Part shown: positions 36,369-45,685 of the stretch, one piece after another
Layout of the letters: the number at the start of each line of letters is the position of its first letter
How positions within the stretch are numbered: position 1 is the first letter of the stretch
Source: an uncultured bacterium
Lineage (GTDB): Bacteria; Bacillota_I; Bacilli_A; RFN20; CAG-826
Assembly: GCA_949292105.1 (NCBI GenBank)
Contig: CASEYK010000028.1
Coordinates: 5,246 to 69,245, forward strand
DNA: 64,000 nucleotides
Direction of reading: 5' to 3'
Translations under genes and position numbers: made by a program
Notes under the pieces: generated by a model
What the model saw: only the letters and a program-made list of their open reading frames with translations
Databases searched by the model: none
What the model was told of the DNA's origin: nothing

Positions 36369-36435
36369 CATTTTGTTCACGCTTTAATATTGATAATATA
36401 AAAGTGGAATATTATTTATTGAGTGAGGAATAATT

Positions 36436-36918
36436 ATGAATCACATTTTGATTGCTTATTTTAGTCCCACTAAAACAACTAAACATTATGCTAGTCTAAT
36501 CCAGCAATTCATTGGTGGAGATTTATTTGAAATTGAGCCAACTATTCCATATAGTGATCAAGATTTAGACTGGCGTAATTCCAAGTCCCGTTCAAGTCTT
36601 GAAATGAATCGGTTAGAGTATCGCCCTCCCATCATTGACAAACATCTAGATATAGAACAATACGATGTTATATTCCTCGGTTTTCCGATATGGTGGTATA
36701 TCGCCCCGACCATTGTGAATACTTTTCTTAAAAAGTATGATTTAGCGGATAAAACTATTATTACTTTTGCCACTTCTGGAAGCAGCGGTATGGGACACAC
36801 TATTGAGAATTTAAAAAAGAGTTCTCCTCACTGCCATTGGATTGAAGGTAAAGTTCTCAATCATATAAGTGATGAAGAAATAAAACAGTGGCTCGCTTCT
36901 CTTTCAATTAAATCATGA
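36436..36918 (+). CDS. Flavodoxin-like FMN-binding protein.
   Basis: Sequence ILIAYFSPTKTTK is the flavodoxin N-terminal phosphate-binding loop. Size is about 160 aa. Confidence 0.6.
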   Translation: MNHILIAYFSPTKTTKHYASLIQQFIGGDLFEIEPTIPYSDQDLDWRNSKSRSSLEMNRLEYRPPIIDKHLDIEQYDVIFLGFPIWWYIAPTIVNTFLKKYDLADKTIITFATSGSSGMGHTIENLKKSSPHCHWIEGKVLNHISDEEIKQWLASLSIKS

Positions 36919-37406
36919 TTTATTATTCGACATATTCATCTCCTCTAGGAGATATTTATCTAGTAAGCGATGGACAATTTTTAACGCAACTTTTTTTCGC
37001 TGATCAAAAATTGCCTTCGAGCTACACTTATAATCCAAATCTCCATATTTTTTCTTTAACTATTCAATTTCTTGATGAATATTTTCAAAATAAAAATCCA
37101 AAGATTTTAATCCCAATTAAGCCGAGCGGAACTCAGTTTCAAAAACTAGTATGGAACATTGTTCAAAAAATTGATTATGGAACAACTAAAACATATCGTC
37201 AAATCGCTGAAGAAGTAAAACTCATTACTGGTCAAACTCATATGTCTGCACAAGCGATTGGTGGCGCTTTAAAGCACAACCCTTTGCTTATCGTTATCCC
37301 TTGTCACCGAGTTGTTGGATTGCACCATCAATTAGTTGGCTATAGCGGCGGCTTATCGCTGAAACGCGCTCTTTTAAAAAACGAGCAAATAATAAATGAA
37401 GATTGA
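36915..37406 (+). CDS. ogt: Methylated-DNA--protein-cysteine methyltransferase (Ogt/MGMT).
   Basis: Sequence IPCHRVVG is the active-site PCHRV motif. TYRQIAEEV is the HTH. The start overlaps the flavodoxin stop. Confidence 0.8.
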   Translation: MIYYSTYSSPLGDIYLVSDGQFLTQLFFADQKLPSSYTYNPNLHIFSLTIQFLDEYFQNKNPKILIPIKPSGTQFQKLVWNIVQKIDYGTTKTYRQIAEEVKLITGQTHMSAQAIGGALKHNPLLIVIPCHRVVGLHHQLVGYSGGLSLKRALLKNEQIINED

Positions 37407-37424
37407 TATAATATAAAAAGGAGA

Positions 37425-38213
37425 TTGAATATGGATAACATAAAAACGAAAAAGATTAGAACTTTTAACATAGTTATGGGTTCAATTCATTTATTGCAAG
37501 CGTTTGTAATGCTTTTTTTAGCTATTTTTGTCAAACAAATCGCTGATTTTAAGCCAGGTATTACTACAACTTATTTAGCGTACGAGCAAACGATTAATAC
37601 GCTCGTAGCGACGACAAAAACTCTTTTTGATTTACCATTTGGGATATTTGTATCGCTCTTTTTGTTCATCTCAGCATTTTTTCATTTTCTTGTCAGCGTT
37701 CCTAAAAAAGTGAATGATTATTACAATCGCGGATTAGAGGCAAACATCAATGTGTTTCGCTGGTATGAATATGCCTTATCCTCTTCTATTATGATGGTGC
37801 TGATTGCCGCTTTGTTTGGCGTTTATGATTTAGGCACATTAATTCTTATCTTTTTATTAAATGCATCAATGAATTTATTTGGACTATTGATGGAAAAAAT
37901 GAATCAAGGAAAAGAGAAGACAAATTGGCTACCGTTTATTTTTGGATGTGTCAGTGGCATTGGCGGTTGGATTATCGTCCTTATCAGTTTGCTTTCTTGC
38001 GAAGATCTATCTCAAATCCCTTGGTTTGTATTTGTTATAGCCGCCTCATATTTTATACTTTTTAATCTATTTCCTATCAATATGGTTCTTCAATATAAAA
38101 AGATTGGTAAATGGAAAGATTATTTATATGGCGAACGAGTTTACATTATTTTAAGTTTGGTCGCTAAAACCTTGCTCGCTTGGCTTGTTTTTGCGGGCAT
38201 TATGCAACCATAA
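37425..38213 (+). CDS. Heliorhodopsin, a 7-TM retinal protein.
   Basis: Near-collinear identity to heliorhodopsin 48C12 as recalled from memory: IHLLQ (His), RWYEYALSSS (counterion Glu), MVLQYKKIGKWKDYLYGERVYIILSLVAKTLLAW (retinal Lys in LVAK). Confidence 0.85.
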   Translation: MNMDNIKTKKIRTFNIVMGSIHLLQAFVMLFLAIFVKQIADFKPGITTTYLAYEQTINTLVATTKTLFDLPFGIFVSLFLFISAFFHFLVSVPKKVNDYYNRGLEANINVFRWYEYALSSSIMMVLIAALFGVYDLGTLILIFLLNASMNLFGLLMEKMNQGKEKTNWLPFIFGCVSGIGGWIIVLISLLSCEDLSQIPWFVFVIAASYFILFNLFPINMVLQYKKIGKWKDYLYGERVYIILSLVAKTLLAWLVFAGIMQP

Positions 38214-38334
38214 AATAGATTTTCTACTTTTAGTTGGATAATATTCCACCAAAAATATAGCGATTCAACTGATTGGATATGTAAAAAATATTTTCGGCTG
38301 TTTAAATTATTGATATGACATGGAGGTATTCACG

Positions 38335-38835
38335 ATGAAAACAACTTTAGGACAGCGCATTGCAGCGCTCCGCAAAAGCAAAGGATTAACTCAAGAAGAG
38401 TTAGCAGATAAACTTAACATTTCCAATCAAGCCATATCAAAGTGGGAAAACGACCAAAGCGAGCCAGATGTAGCTATGCTTTTAACTTTATCAAAACTAT
38501 TTGATATCAGTGTCGATGAATTGTTAGGCAATCCAGTTGAAAGAAAAATGGAAGTCAAAAAGAATCTTGATACTGACTTACTTTTACTTCAAATCAAAAT
38601 TCTATCGAATGATGGCGACACCGTTAAAATTCGCTTACCGCTAGCAGTTGTAAAAGCACTAGTTAATTCTGGTGCCGACATTAATTTAGGATCGAATTCC
38701 GAGGCAATAAAGAAGATAGATTGGAATAAAGTGTTTGATTTAGCGGAACGTGGAATTGTTGGCGAAATTATTAATGTGTCGAGTGCCGATGGTGATATCG
38801 TTAAAGTCGCAATTGATTATGAAGATAAAGATTAA
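38335..38835 (+). CDS. XRE-family HTH regulator with a C-terminal domain.
   Basis: Sequence LTQEELADKLNISNQAISKWEN. Start set to the ATG at 38335, which follows a GGAGG RBS. Confidence 0.7.
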   Translation: MKTTLGQRIAALRKSKGLTQEELADKLNISNQAISKWENDQSEPDVAMLLTLSKLFDISVDELLGNPVERKMEVKKNLDTDLLLLQIKILSNDGDTVKIRLPLAVVKALVNSGADINLGSNSEAIKKIDWNKVFDLAERGIVGEIINVSSADGDIVKVAIDYEDKD

Positions 38836-38851
38836 AAGTGCAAAGAAAAAA

Positions 38852-39037
38852 ATGTCTTTGATTCTTCCAACTAAGTTTGTTCTATCTCATTTCGTTTTAA
38901 AGCGTATCGCACCTTCAATTGACGAGGCGACAATAAAGTCAATTTACCGAATACTGAAGAAATGGCGAAAAAATAATGGTCAGCTCATTATTGCTGATAT
39001 TCAAACAAAAGATGAGAATGTCACGATTACTCTTTAA
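38852..39037 (+). CDS. Possible small protein (61 aa).
   Basis: Internal ATG of ORF 38750-39037, lying downstream of the regulator's stop. No clear RBS. Confidence 0.2.
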   Translation: MSLILPTKFVLSHFVLKRIAPSIDEATIKSIYRILKKWRKNNGQLIIADIQTKDENVTITL

Positions 39038-39087
39038 TTTATTTCCCTTCCATTATTTTGTAAAATAAAAAAAGTGAAGGATATAAA

Positions 39088-40034
39088 ATGAAAAAAATTC
39101 TTTGTACTGGTGTTGATGGCAATTTTGGCTCACGAGCTGCCAAAATTTTGATGGACAAATTGCCAAAAGAACAACTTATTTTTACTTCGCCAAACCAAAA
39201 ACTTTGGAAAAATACAAAGCAATGTGCATTGATGCTCGCTACGCTGATTTTAATAATCCTGATCAATTAGCAGAAGCGTTCAAAGGGGCTGACACTGTTT
39301 TGCTTATATCTATGCCTTTTGTTGGCCCACGAAGAAGAGCTGCTCACAAGAATGCAGTAGATGCTGCTGTTAAAGCAGGAGTGAGAAGATTAATTTATAC
39401 ATCTATTGTCGGAGCGGGGCTTGATGAATGTGATACTTATGAAGTAAGCGATCATAAATATACTGAAGCATATATCAAATCGCAGCCGATTCACTATGTC
39501 TTTTTAAGAGATGCCCAATATGCAGAGGCTATGGTTTCTGCTTTTGAAGAAGCATATGAAAAGACAAATGGCGTCTTATCCAATAATATGGGCGATGGTA
39601 AAATGGCTTACATTTCCCGCGACGACTGTGCGCTTTTTGCAGCCACTGTTGCAGCAGGTGCTGGAGAGGATGATGTTATATATGAAGTTAGTGGATATGA
39701 ACCTCTAACTATTGCTCAATATCTTGCTATTGCTTCAGAAGTCACTGGTAAAAAAGTTGTTTATCATGAGATTAGCGATGAACAAATGTATGCCTTCTTT
39801 GATTCGATTGGCGTTCCTCGCACAACGGAGCAAATGTGGGTAGATACCGCGAAAAATTTTCCATTTTGCAGCGATGGTATGGTGACATTTGGAAGAGCAA
39901 TTCGCCTCAATCATATGTCCACATTCACACACGATTCCGAAAAGATTGTCGGCCATAAACCGATGAGCGTAAAAGAAATATTCGAGGATATCGAAAATCA
40001 TAAAATTGGCTCTATAACTTCTACTGAAGATTAA
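39088..40034 (+). pseudogene. NmrA-like / NAD(P)-binding Rossmann protein, split by a frameshift in an A5 run at about 39196-39200.
   Basis: The N-terminal piece MKKILCTGVDGNFGSRA (GxxGxxG) is in frame 1. The remainder, (L)EKYKAMCIDARYADFNNPDQLAEAFKGADTVLL..., is in another frame starting with a TTG at 39204. Adding one A to the homopolymer restores a single NmrA-like ORF. Confidence 0.6.
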
Positions 40035-40054
40035 AAAAGAGTTATAAATTTATA

Positions 40055-40090
40055 AAAAAAGTAGCGGTTTTGCCGCTACTTTTCATTTTC
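40055..40090. terminator. Bidirectional intrinsic terminator between the convergent NmrA-like gene and the permease gene.
   Basis: Hairpin gtagcggttttgccgctac flanked by an A-run on one side and a T-run on the other. It overlaps the stop codon of the permease. Confidence 0.55.
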
Positions 40091-41566
40091 TGTATCTTGT
40101 TTTTTCTTAAAAGATATGTGCATATCGTTTGGTAGCGCCCACGATAAAATCATCGCAATTATAAACATATTGATGACGGGGTTTGAAATAATAATGCTCA
40201 AGTTTTCTAAAGCTTCTCCGCCGCTATTTAGACGATCGAAGAAAGAACTGACAAGAGTTATACCAAAACCGAGGCAAATTGAAAGAGAAACAATCGCGAT
40301 ATTTTTTTCAGTAAAGCCTTCATCTTTAATCATGCTCATGCCGGTAACCGCAATCGAGCCAAAGACAATGATAATTGCTCCGCCAAGAACACAATAAGGT
40401 ATTGTTAAAAGCAAATTAGCAAGAGGAGGGAAAAAACCAGCAATTACTAAAAAGCATGCTCCGATAAAAATAGTAAATCGATTGACCATTTTGGTTTGGG
40501 CGACAATACCAACGTTTTGTGAAAAAGTTGTAAGTGGCAGTGCGCCGAACATTCCAGCTAGCATACTTGAAAGCCCATCAACTGTCAAAACTCCTCCAAG
40601 TTCGCGCTGTGTAATGCTGCGATTGAGACCGCCTTTGCAGACAGCAGAACTATCTCCAATTCCTTCGACTGTCGCAACAAGAAACACAAGACATGTTAAA
40701 ACAATTGGTAGTGGTTCAAATCGCAATTTAGAAAAGTCGACAAAATATGGAACATTAATAAAATCTGTCACTGTTTTAAAACTTAGTGCAGAAAAATCAA
40801 GCATACCGGGAGCAACCGTATAATTAAAAATGAGTGCTAATAAATAACCAAGCACCATTGCAACAATAATATTTAAGTTTTTCCAAATGCCTTTAATGAA
40901 TAATGACCACAGTATTCCAACGATTAATGTGAAAACAGCAACTATGATATAAAAAATATAGACATTATTTGAAATGTCGGATGAAATAACCGATGATCCA
41001 CCCAAAAAATATTCTGCTCCAACACTTAGAAGCGATAATCCAATTCCAAGCACGACAACTGCTGGTACAATTGGCTTAATAATTTTTCCCCACCATTTGA
41101 CAAATGGTCCTAACACACCAATAAAAATGCCACCAATAATAATACTGGCCATAATTGTATAATAAGCATCGATTGATTCTTGTGAGAAAACATTAGGCAC
41201 TCCTTTGTAAAAGGAACAAAAAAGGCCGACAAATGTAAAAGAAGTACCGATTACAATCGGCAAACGAGCGCCGAATAGCAATTGAATAATCGTTCCGATG
41301 CCCGCGATGAAAATAGCGCTACGCACCGCATTAGAAGCAAAAGATGTATATTCAGCTGGCGCGTTTAATAAACCAATTGTGCTAAAGACAATTAGAATTG
41401 GAGCTATATTTGCGATAAACATAGCAAAAATGTGCTGTATACCGAACACTACTCCTTGCGTGAAAGGGACGCGCCCGTCAATCGAATATATATTTTGAGG
41501 ATTTGGCTTGCCTTTAAATATTGAGACAACGCCATTTTTGAAATCTGAGAAAATGGATTTGAGCAT
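40076..41566 (-). CDS. NCS2-family nucleobase (xanthine/uracil/guanine) permease.
   Basis: Sequence GIQHIFAMFIANIAPILIV matches the NCS2 QH..AMFGAT signature. Size is about 490 aa and the protein is polytopic. Confidence 0.65.
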   Translation of the reverse strand: MLKSIFSDFKNGVVSIFKGKPNPQNIYSIDGRVPFTQGVVFGIQHIFAMFIANIAPILIVFSTIGLLNAPAEYTSFASNAVRSAIFIAGIGTIIQLLFGARLPIVIGTSFTFVGLFCSFYKGVPNVFSQESIDAYYTIMASIIIGGIFIGVLGPFVKWWGKIIKPIVPAVVVLGIGLSLLSVGAEYFLGGSSVISSDISNNVYIFYIIVAVFTLIVGILWSLFIKGIWKNLNIIVAMVLGYLLALIFNYTVAPGMLDFSALSFKTVTDFINVPYFVDFSKLRFEPLPIVLTCLVFLVATVEGIGDSSAVCKGGLNRSITQRELGGVLTVDGLSSMLAGMFGALPLTTFSQNVGIVAQTKMVNRFTIFIGACFLVIAGFFPPLANLLLTIPYCVLGGAIIIVFGSIAVTGMSMIKDEGFTEKNIAIVSLSICLGFGITLVSSFFDRLNSGGEALENLSIIISNPVINMFIIAMILSWALPNDMHISFKKKQDTENEK

Positions 41567-41569
41567 AAA

Positions 41570-42025
41570 TTAATATTCCTTATGTTCAAGTTTCATATAT
41601 TCTTCGTAGACTTTTAAGCAGTCAGCACGATCCATTTCAACAATCATATTTTTACGATTTTCAGGTTTTGACATCTCGTAAAATTTTGCATCTCTAAACC
41701 CGATTACTTCAGTATCTTCAATATTGCAGCCGTAATAGACTTTATCAATATTTGCCCACATAATTGCGCACAAGCACATGGGGCACGGTTCACCAGTTGT
41801 ATAAAGAGTACAGCCTTTCAAGTCAAAAGTTTTAAGATTTTTACACGCATCATGGATAGCCATCATTTCTCCGTGGCAGGTTGGATCTTGATTTTTAATG
41901 ACTTGATTATGACCTCTTCCAACAATCTTACCATCTTTGACAATAACTGATCCGAACGGTCCTCCATGACCTTCGTTTATTCCTTGTCTAGCTTCAAGGA
42001 TAGCTTCTTTCATAAATTCATTCAT
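41570..42025 (-). CDS. CDA-fold nucleoside/guanine deaminase (GuaD/TadA-like).
   Basis: Sequence CHGEMMAI...TGEPCPMCLCAI gives the H(A/C)E + PCxxC zinc motifs. It is collinear with B. subtilis GuaD when the start is placed at MNEFMKEA. Confidence 0.7.
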   Translation of the reverse strand: MNEFMKEAILEARQGINEGHGGPFGSVIVKDGKIVGRGHNQVIKNQDPTCHGEMMAIHDACKNLKTFDLKGCTLYTTGEPCPMCLCAIMWANIDKVYYGCNIEDTEVIGFRDAKFYEMSKPENRKNMIVEMDRADCLKVYEEYMKLEHKEY

Positions 42026-42196
42026 ACTTTTCCGCTCACAAAACAAGTTTGTTCTGCAAATAACACCCTCCTAAAATGTTCGTTATTATTTTAACAAAAT
42101 TATCGTGCTGTAAGTAGCAAAAAATATGGATTGCAACTATTTAACTTTCTATACATTTTATCATTTGATATGATAAACTCATATTTGAGAAAAAAT

Positions 42197-43723
42197 ATGC
42201 CTAACGAAGAATTAGAAAAACAAATTCAAGAATACGAAGAAGAGGCTAAAAAAACCACTCCGAATCAACCCAAAAAAAAGAAAACAAAATGGAAATACAT
42301 CGTCAATATTTCCCTTGTTTTGGTTTTTACAATTCTAGCTGTTGTTTTAGCGGTTTATGACAATTTTGGTGAAATTGTCAATAATTTAAAGCGGGCTAAT
42401 TGGATTTATATTGGGCTTATCGTTGGAATTGTCTTTGTCTGCATCTTGATTAAAGGCTTGATTCTATTTTGTTTCGCGCGCCTCTATACTCGCAAATACA
42501 AATTTCATCAAGCTCTTGCCTGTGATCAGGTTGGAACGTTTTATAACGCTGTGACTCCTGGTTCAAGCGGCGGCCAATTCATGCAGGCATATGCATTTAA
42601 AAAACAGGGTGTCCCAATTAGTTCAGCTGTTAGCATTATGGCCATGTATTCTATTATTTATCAAGGCGTTTTAATTCTCTATGGCTTATTATCTTTTGCG
42701 ATTAAATATGATTTTATTATCAGCATCAACAATTTGACATTTAATATCTTTGATTTCGAATTATCTATTCCTATTTGGCTTCTTACAATTGTCGGGTTCC
42801 TCCTTAATCTATCTGTTATCTTGCTCGTGTTTTTGATGGCGTATTGGAAGGGTTTCCATAATTTTATTATGGGTCCATGTATTTCCTTTCTTCATAAATT
42901 GAAGTTGATCAAAGATAGTGAAAAATCACGCGAGTCCCTTCGAGTTCAAGTCGAAAACTTCAAAATTGAATTTCGAAGATTAATGACTAATATTCCATTT
43001 ACTATTCTTGTGTCTGTCCTCTTTCTTGCATATATGACATTTAAATTTTCCATTCCATATTTCGCTGGTATCGCTCTTGGCAATCAAAGTGCATACGCTA
43101 ATTTTTGGGATGCGGTTTTCTTGAGCAATTACCACCAAATGGTCACTGGATTAATTCCTATTCCTGGATCAGCTGGTGTTTCCGAATACTTTTTCTCTGA
43201 ATTGTTCGTCAATCAGAGGGATTTATCAAAAGGTTTTTATTATATTGCAGGTATTACTTCTTCATCCGACAGCACTGTCTTGTGCCGTTCTGCACTTCTG
43301 ATTTGGAGAACTGCAACCTTTACTTTGCCTTTGATTGCCGCGGGCATTGTTACTGCCTTCTATCGCGGTACCCCAAAAGAAGAGGTTGGGCGCAAAGGAT
43401 TTCCAAACCATCAAACATTTGTCGAGTTGCAGAGTGAGACCTATGCGATTCGAAAAAGCGAGTTTGATACTCTTTTAGAGACAAAGCAACTATCGCGACA
43501 AGCGATTCAAGAAAAATTGTTTAATCGACAAAAACATAAAAACGATGCAAAAACAAAGCCTAAAAAGGCAAAAAACGGGCAAAAACTCAATGAAAATAAG
43601 GAAAATAAGCCTAAAAAGGTTCGAAAGAGTTACAAATATTTGGAAAAAGACAATAAACCAAAAGAACAAAATTCTGATGATTTTGCTAATTACAATATAG
43701 ATGAGGACGATGATTCAATTTAA
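42197..43723 (+). CDS. Integral membrane protein, possibly of the flippase-like (lysylphosphatidylglycerol-synthase TM domain) family, with a Lys-rich C-terminal tail.
   Basis: About 8 TM helices. The start at MPNEE follows an A-rich leader. Its stop overlaps the start of the GT4 gene. Confidence 0.4.
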   Translation: MPNEELEKQIQEYEEEAKKTTPNQPKKKKTKWKYIVNISLVLVFTILAVVLAVYDNFGEIVNNLKRANWIYIGLIVGIVFVCILIKGLILFCFARLYTRKYKFHQALACDQVGTFYNAVTPGSSGGQFMQAYAFKKQGVPISSAVSIMAMYSIIYQGVLILYGLLSFAIKYDFIISINNLTFNIFDFELSIPIWLLTIVGFLLNLSVILLVFLMAYWKGFHNFIMGPCISFLHKLKLIKDSEKSRESLRVQVENFKIEFRRLMTNIPFTILVSVLFLAYMTFKFSIPYFAGIALGNQSAYANFWDAVFLSNYHQMVTGLIPIPGSAGVSEYFFSELFVNQRDLSKGFYYIAGITSSSDSTVLCRSALLIWRTATFTLPLIAAGIVTAFYRGTPKEEVGRKGFPNHQTFVELQSETYAIRKSEFDTLLETKQLSRQAIQEKLFNRQKHKNDAKTKPKKAKNGQKLNENKENKPKKVRKSYKYLEKDNKPKEQNSDDFANYNIDEDDDSI

Positions 43724-44898
43724 TGAAAGTTTTAGTTTTTTCTGATACTTACCCGCCATTTATTAACGGTGTGTCCACATCTGTTTTTAACCTTGTCAAA
43801 ATGTTTCGCAATCGCGGTCATCAAGTGATGGTGGTCACTCCTCGATCGTCGGATGGACCATTGGAGGTGATTGACAATGTCGTTTATATGCCTGGCATTG
43901 AAAACAAGAAATTGTACGGTTATCGTTTTCCAAAATTTTATGATCGCAAAGTAATGCAAATGGTTAAAGAGTTCAAACCTGATGTTATTCATTATCATAC
44001 CGATAGTATGCTTGGTGTGTTTGCTCGTATTGCTGCTCACAAATTGCACTGTCCACTCGTTTATACATATCATACTTCTTATGAAGACTACACTTATTAC
44101 GCCACAAAAGGTTTTTTAGACCGTGTCGCAAAAAAAACAGTGCGTCTCTATACTAAAACGATAGCTAAAAATTGTACCGAATTTATTACTCCTAGTTATA
44201 AGACCAAGGAATTTTTAAGAGCAACTGGATCTGATATTTATATGAATGTTATTCCGACTGGCATCGATTTTTCTCTTTTTGATAGCAAAAACATTGATGT
44301 GGAAAGAACTAAACAGTTTAAACTAGAACACCACATCGATGATGACACAAAAGTTTTTCTCATTTTAGGCCGTGTTGCGAAAGAAAAAAGTATGGATGTA
44401 TCAATTCGAGGCTATGCACAGTTTAAAGAAACTTATCCAAACATAAAAACAAAATTGATTGTCGTTGGAGGAGGGCCAGCCAAAACTGAATTAGAACTTC
44501 TTACTCATGAATTAAGAATTGCTGATTCTGTTGATTTTATTGGACCAGTTCCGGCTAGTGATGTACCCTTTTATTACCATTTAGCCGATATTTATACTTC
44601 GGCTTCTGTCACTGAGACGCAAGGATTGACATTTATGGAAGCAATGGCGGCTTCAACGATTATTTTAGCGCGCCTAGATGATAATTTAGCGGGAACGATT
44701 ATCGATGGTCAAACGGGTTTCTTTTTCACGACAGAATCTTCATTTGTCGAAAAGGCATACCGAATACTAACTCTCTCGAGTGAAGAAAAAGAAAAAATTA
44801 TTTCTAACGCTTTGAAACAAGTTGACATTTATTCAATCGATAATTTTTACAAAAACATTTTGGAGGTTTATCAGCGTGCCATCAAAAAATATTGGTAA
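43723..44898 (+). CDS. GT4-family glycosyltransferase of the diacylglycerol glucosyltransferase type.
   Basis: Sequence MKVLVFSDTYPPFINGVST... is a GT4 N-terminus. ETQGLTFMEAMA is the E-x7-E motif. Confidence 0.7.
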   Translation: MKVLVFSDTYPPFINGVSTSVFNLVKMFRNRGHQVMVVTPRSSDGPLEVIDNVVYMPGIENKKLYGYRFPKFYDRKVMQMVKEFKPDVIHYHTDSMLGVFARIAAHKLHCPLVYTYHTSYEDYTYYATKGFLDRVAKKTVRLYTKTIAKNCTEFITPSYKTKEFLRATGSDIYMNVIPTGIDFSLFDSKNIDVERTKQFKLEHHIDDDTKVFLILGRVAKEKSMDVSIRGYAQFKETYPNIKTKLIVVGGGPAKTELELLTHELRIADSVDFIGPVPASDVPFYYHLADIYTSASVTETQGLTFMEAMAASTIILARLDDNLAGTIIDGQTGFFFTTESSFVEKAYRILTLSSEEKEKIISNALKQVDIYSIDNFYKNILEVYQRAIKKYW

Positions 44899-45685
44899 TA
44901 AAACGATTAAAAGTGTTCATAAATACAAAAAGAAAATAGTCGTTTTGTTCTCTGATGGAATTAAAATGTCAATGGACGCCGATACATTTACTTCATTTTA
45001 TCTTTACGAAGGAAAAAAATTATCAACTGCTGAATACCGTAATCTCAAAGAAAGAATTTCGTTGAGCAATGATATTAGTGTCATTAAAAAACGCTTGAGC
45101 AAAAAGCGTATGAGCGAATGGAAAGTGCGAGAAATGCTCTATAACAAGCAAAATTTAGCAAAATCGCGCGTCAATAAAATTATCGCTCTGTTGAAACAAG
45201 AACATTTAATCGACGACAAACAATTAACTAAAGATTATCTCTCTTATTATCAACAAAAAGGATATGGGCAAGAAAAAATTATCTCCTTGCTTCGACAAAA
45301 CGGATTATTTGCTTACTGTGACAAAATCAATTTTTCTCAGCGAGATGAAGCCAGTAGAGCCAAACAGCTGGTTTTAAAGCTTGATGTTCGTTTTCGAAAT
45401 GATCCCTATGAAAAAAGAAAAGCAAAAATTTATGCCGCTTTGTTGAGAAATGGCTTTTCTTCATCTCTTGCTCTTTTCTCTTTAAAATATATAAAAAGCG
45501 AATCAAAACAAGATACAAGTCAAAAACTTAATCGTGATTTAGAGAAATTAATGCGTGCTGATACTCATAACTCAGATTTAGAAAATAGAAAACAAAAAAT
45601 AATTCGTAAACTCCTTAATAAAGGATATAAATATGACGATATCATTTCGGCTTTGGAGGTAATATTTGATGAAAATGGTCAATGA
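44876..45685 (+). CDS. recX: RecX-like regulatory protein.
   Basis: Size and the repeated three-helix pattern, plus the N-terminal KTIKSVHKYKKKIVVLFSDG segment, resemble RecX. A GTG start follows a GGAGG RBS. Confidence 0.45.
   Translation: MPSKNIGNKTIKSVHKYKKKIVVLFSDGIKMSMDADTFTSFYLYEGKKLSTAEYRNLKERISLSNDISVIKKRLSKKRMSEWKVREMLYNKQNLAKSRVNKIIALLKQEHLIDDKQLTKDYLSYYQQKGYGQEKIISLLRQNGLFAYCDKINFSQRDEASRAKQLVLKLDVRFRNDPYEKRKAKIYAALLRNGFSSSLALFSLKYIKSESKQDTSQKLNRDLEKLMRADTHNSDLENRKQKIIRKLLNKGYKYDDIISALEVIFDENGQ

Noticed and set aside
38750-39037. The 95-aa ORF overlapping the end of the XRE regulator.
   Set aside because: Its 5' part overlaps the regulator in another frame. Only the distal 61 codons (from 38852) might be real, and I kept those at low confidence.
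39088-39270. Two separate small genes at 39088-39270 and 39204-40034.
   Set aside because: Together they make one NmrA-like protein split by a homopolymer frameshift. They are annotated as a single pseudogene or sequencing error.
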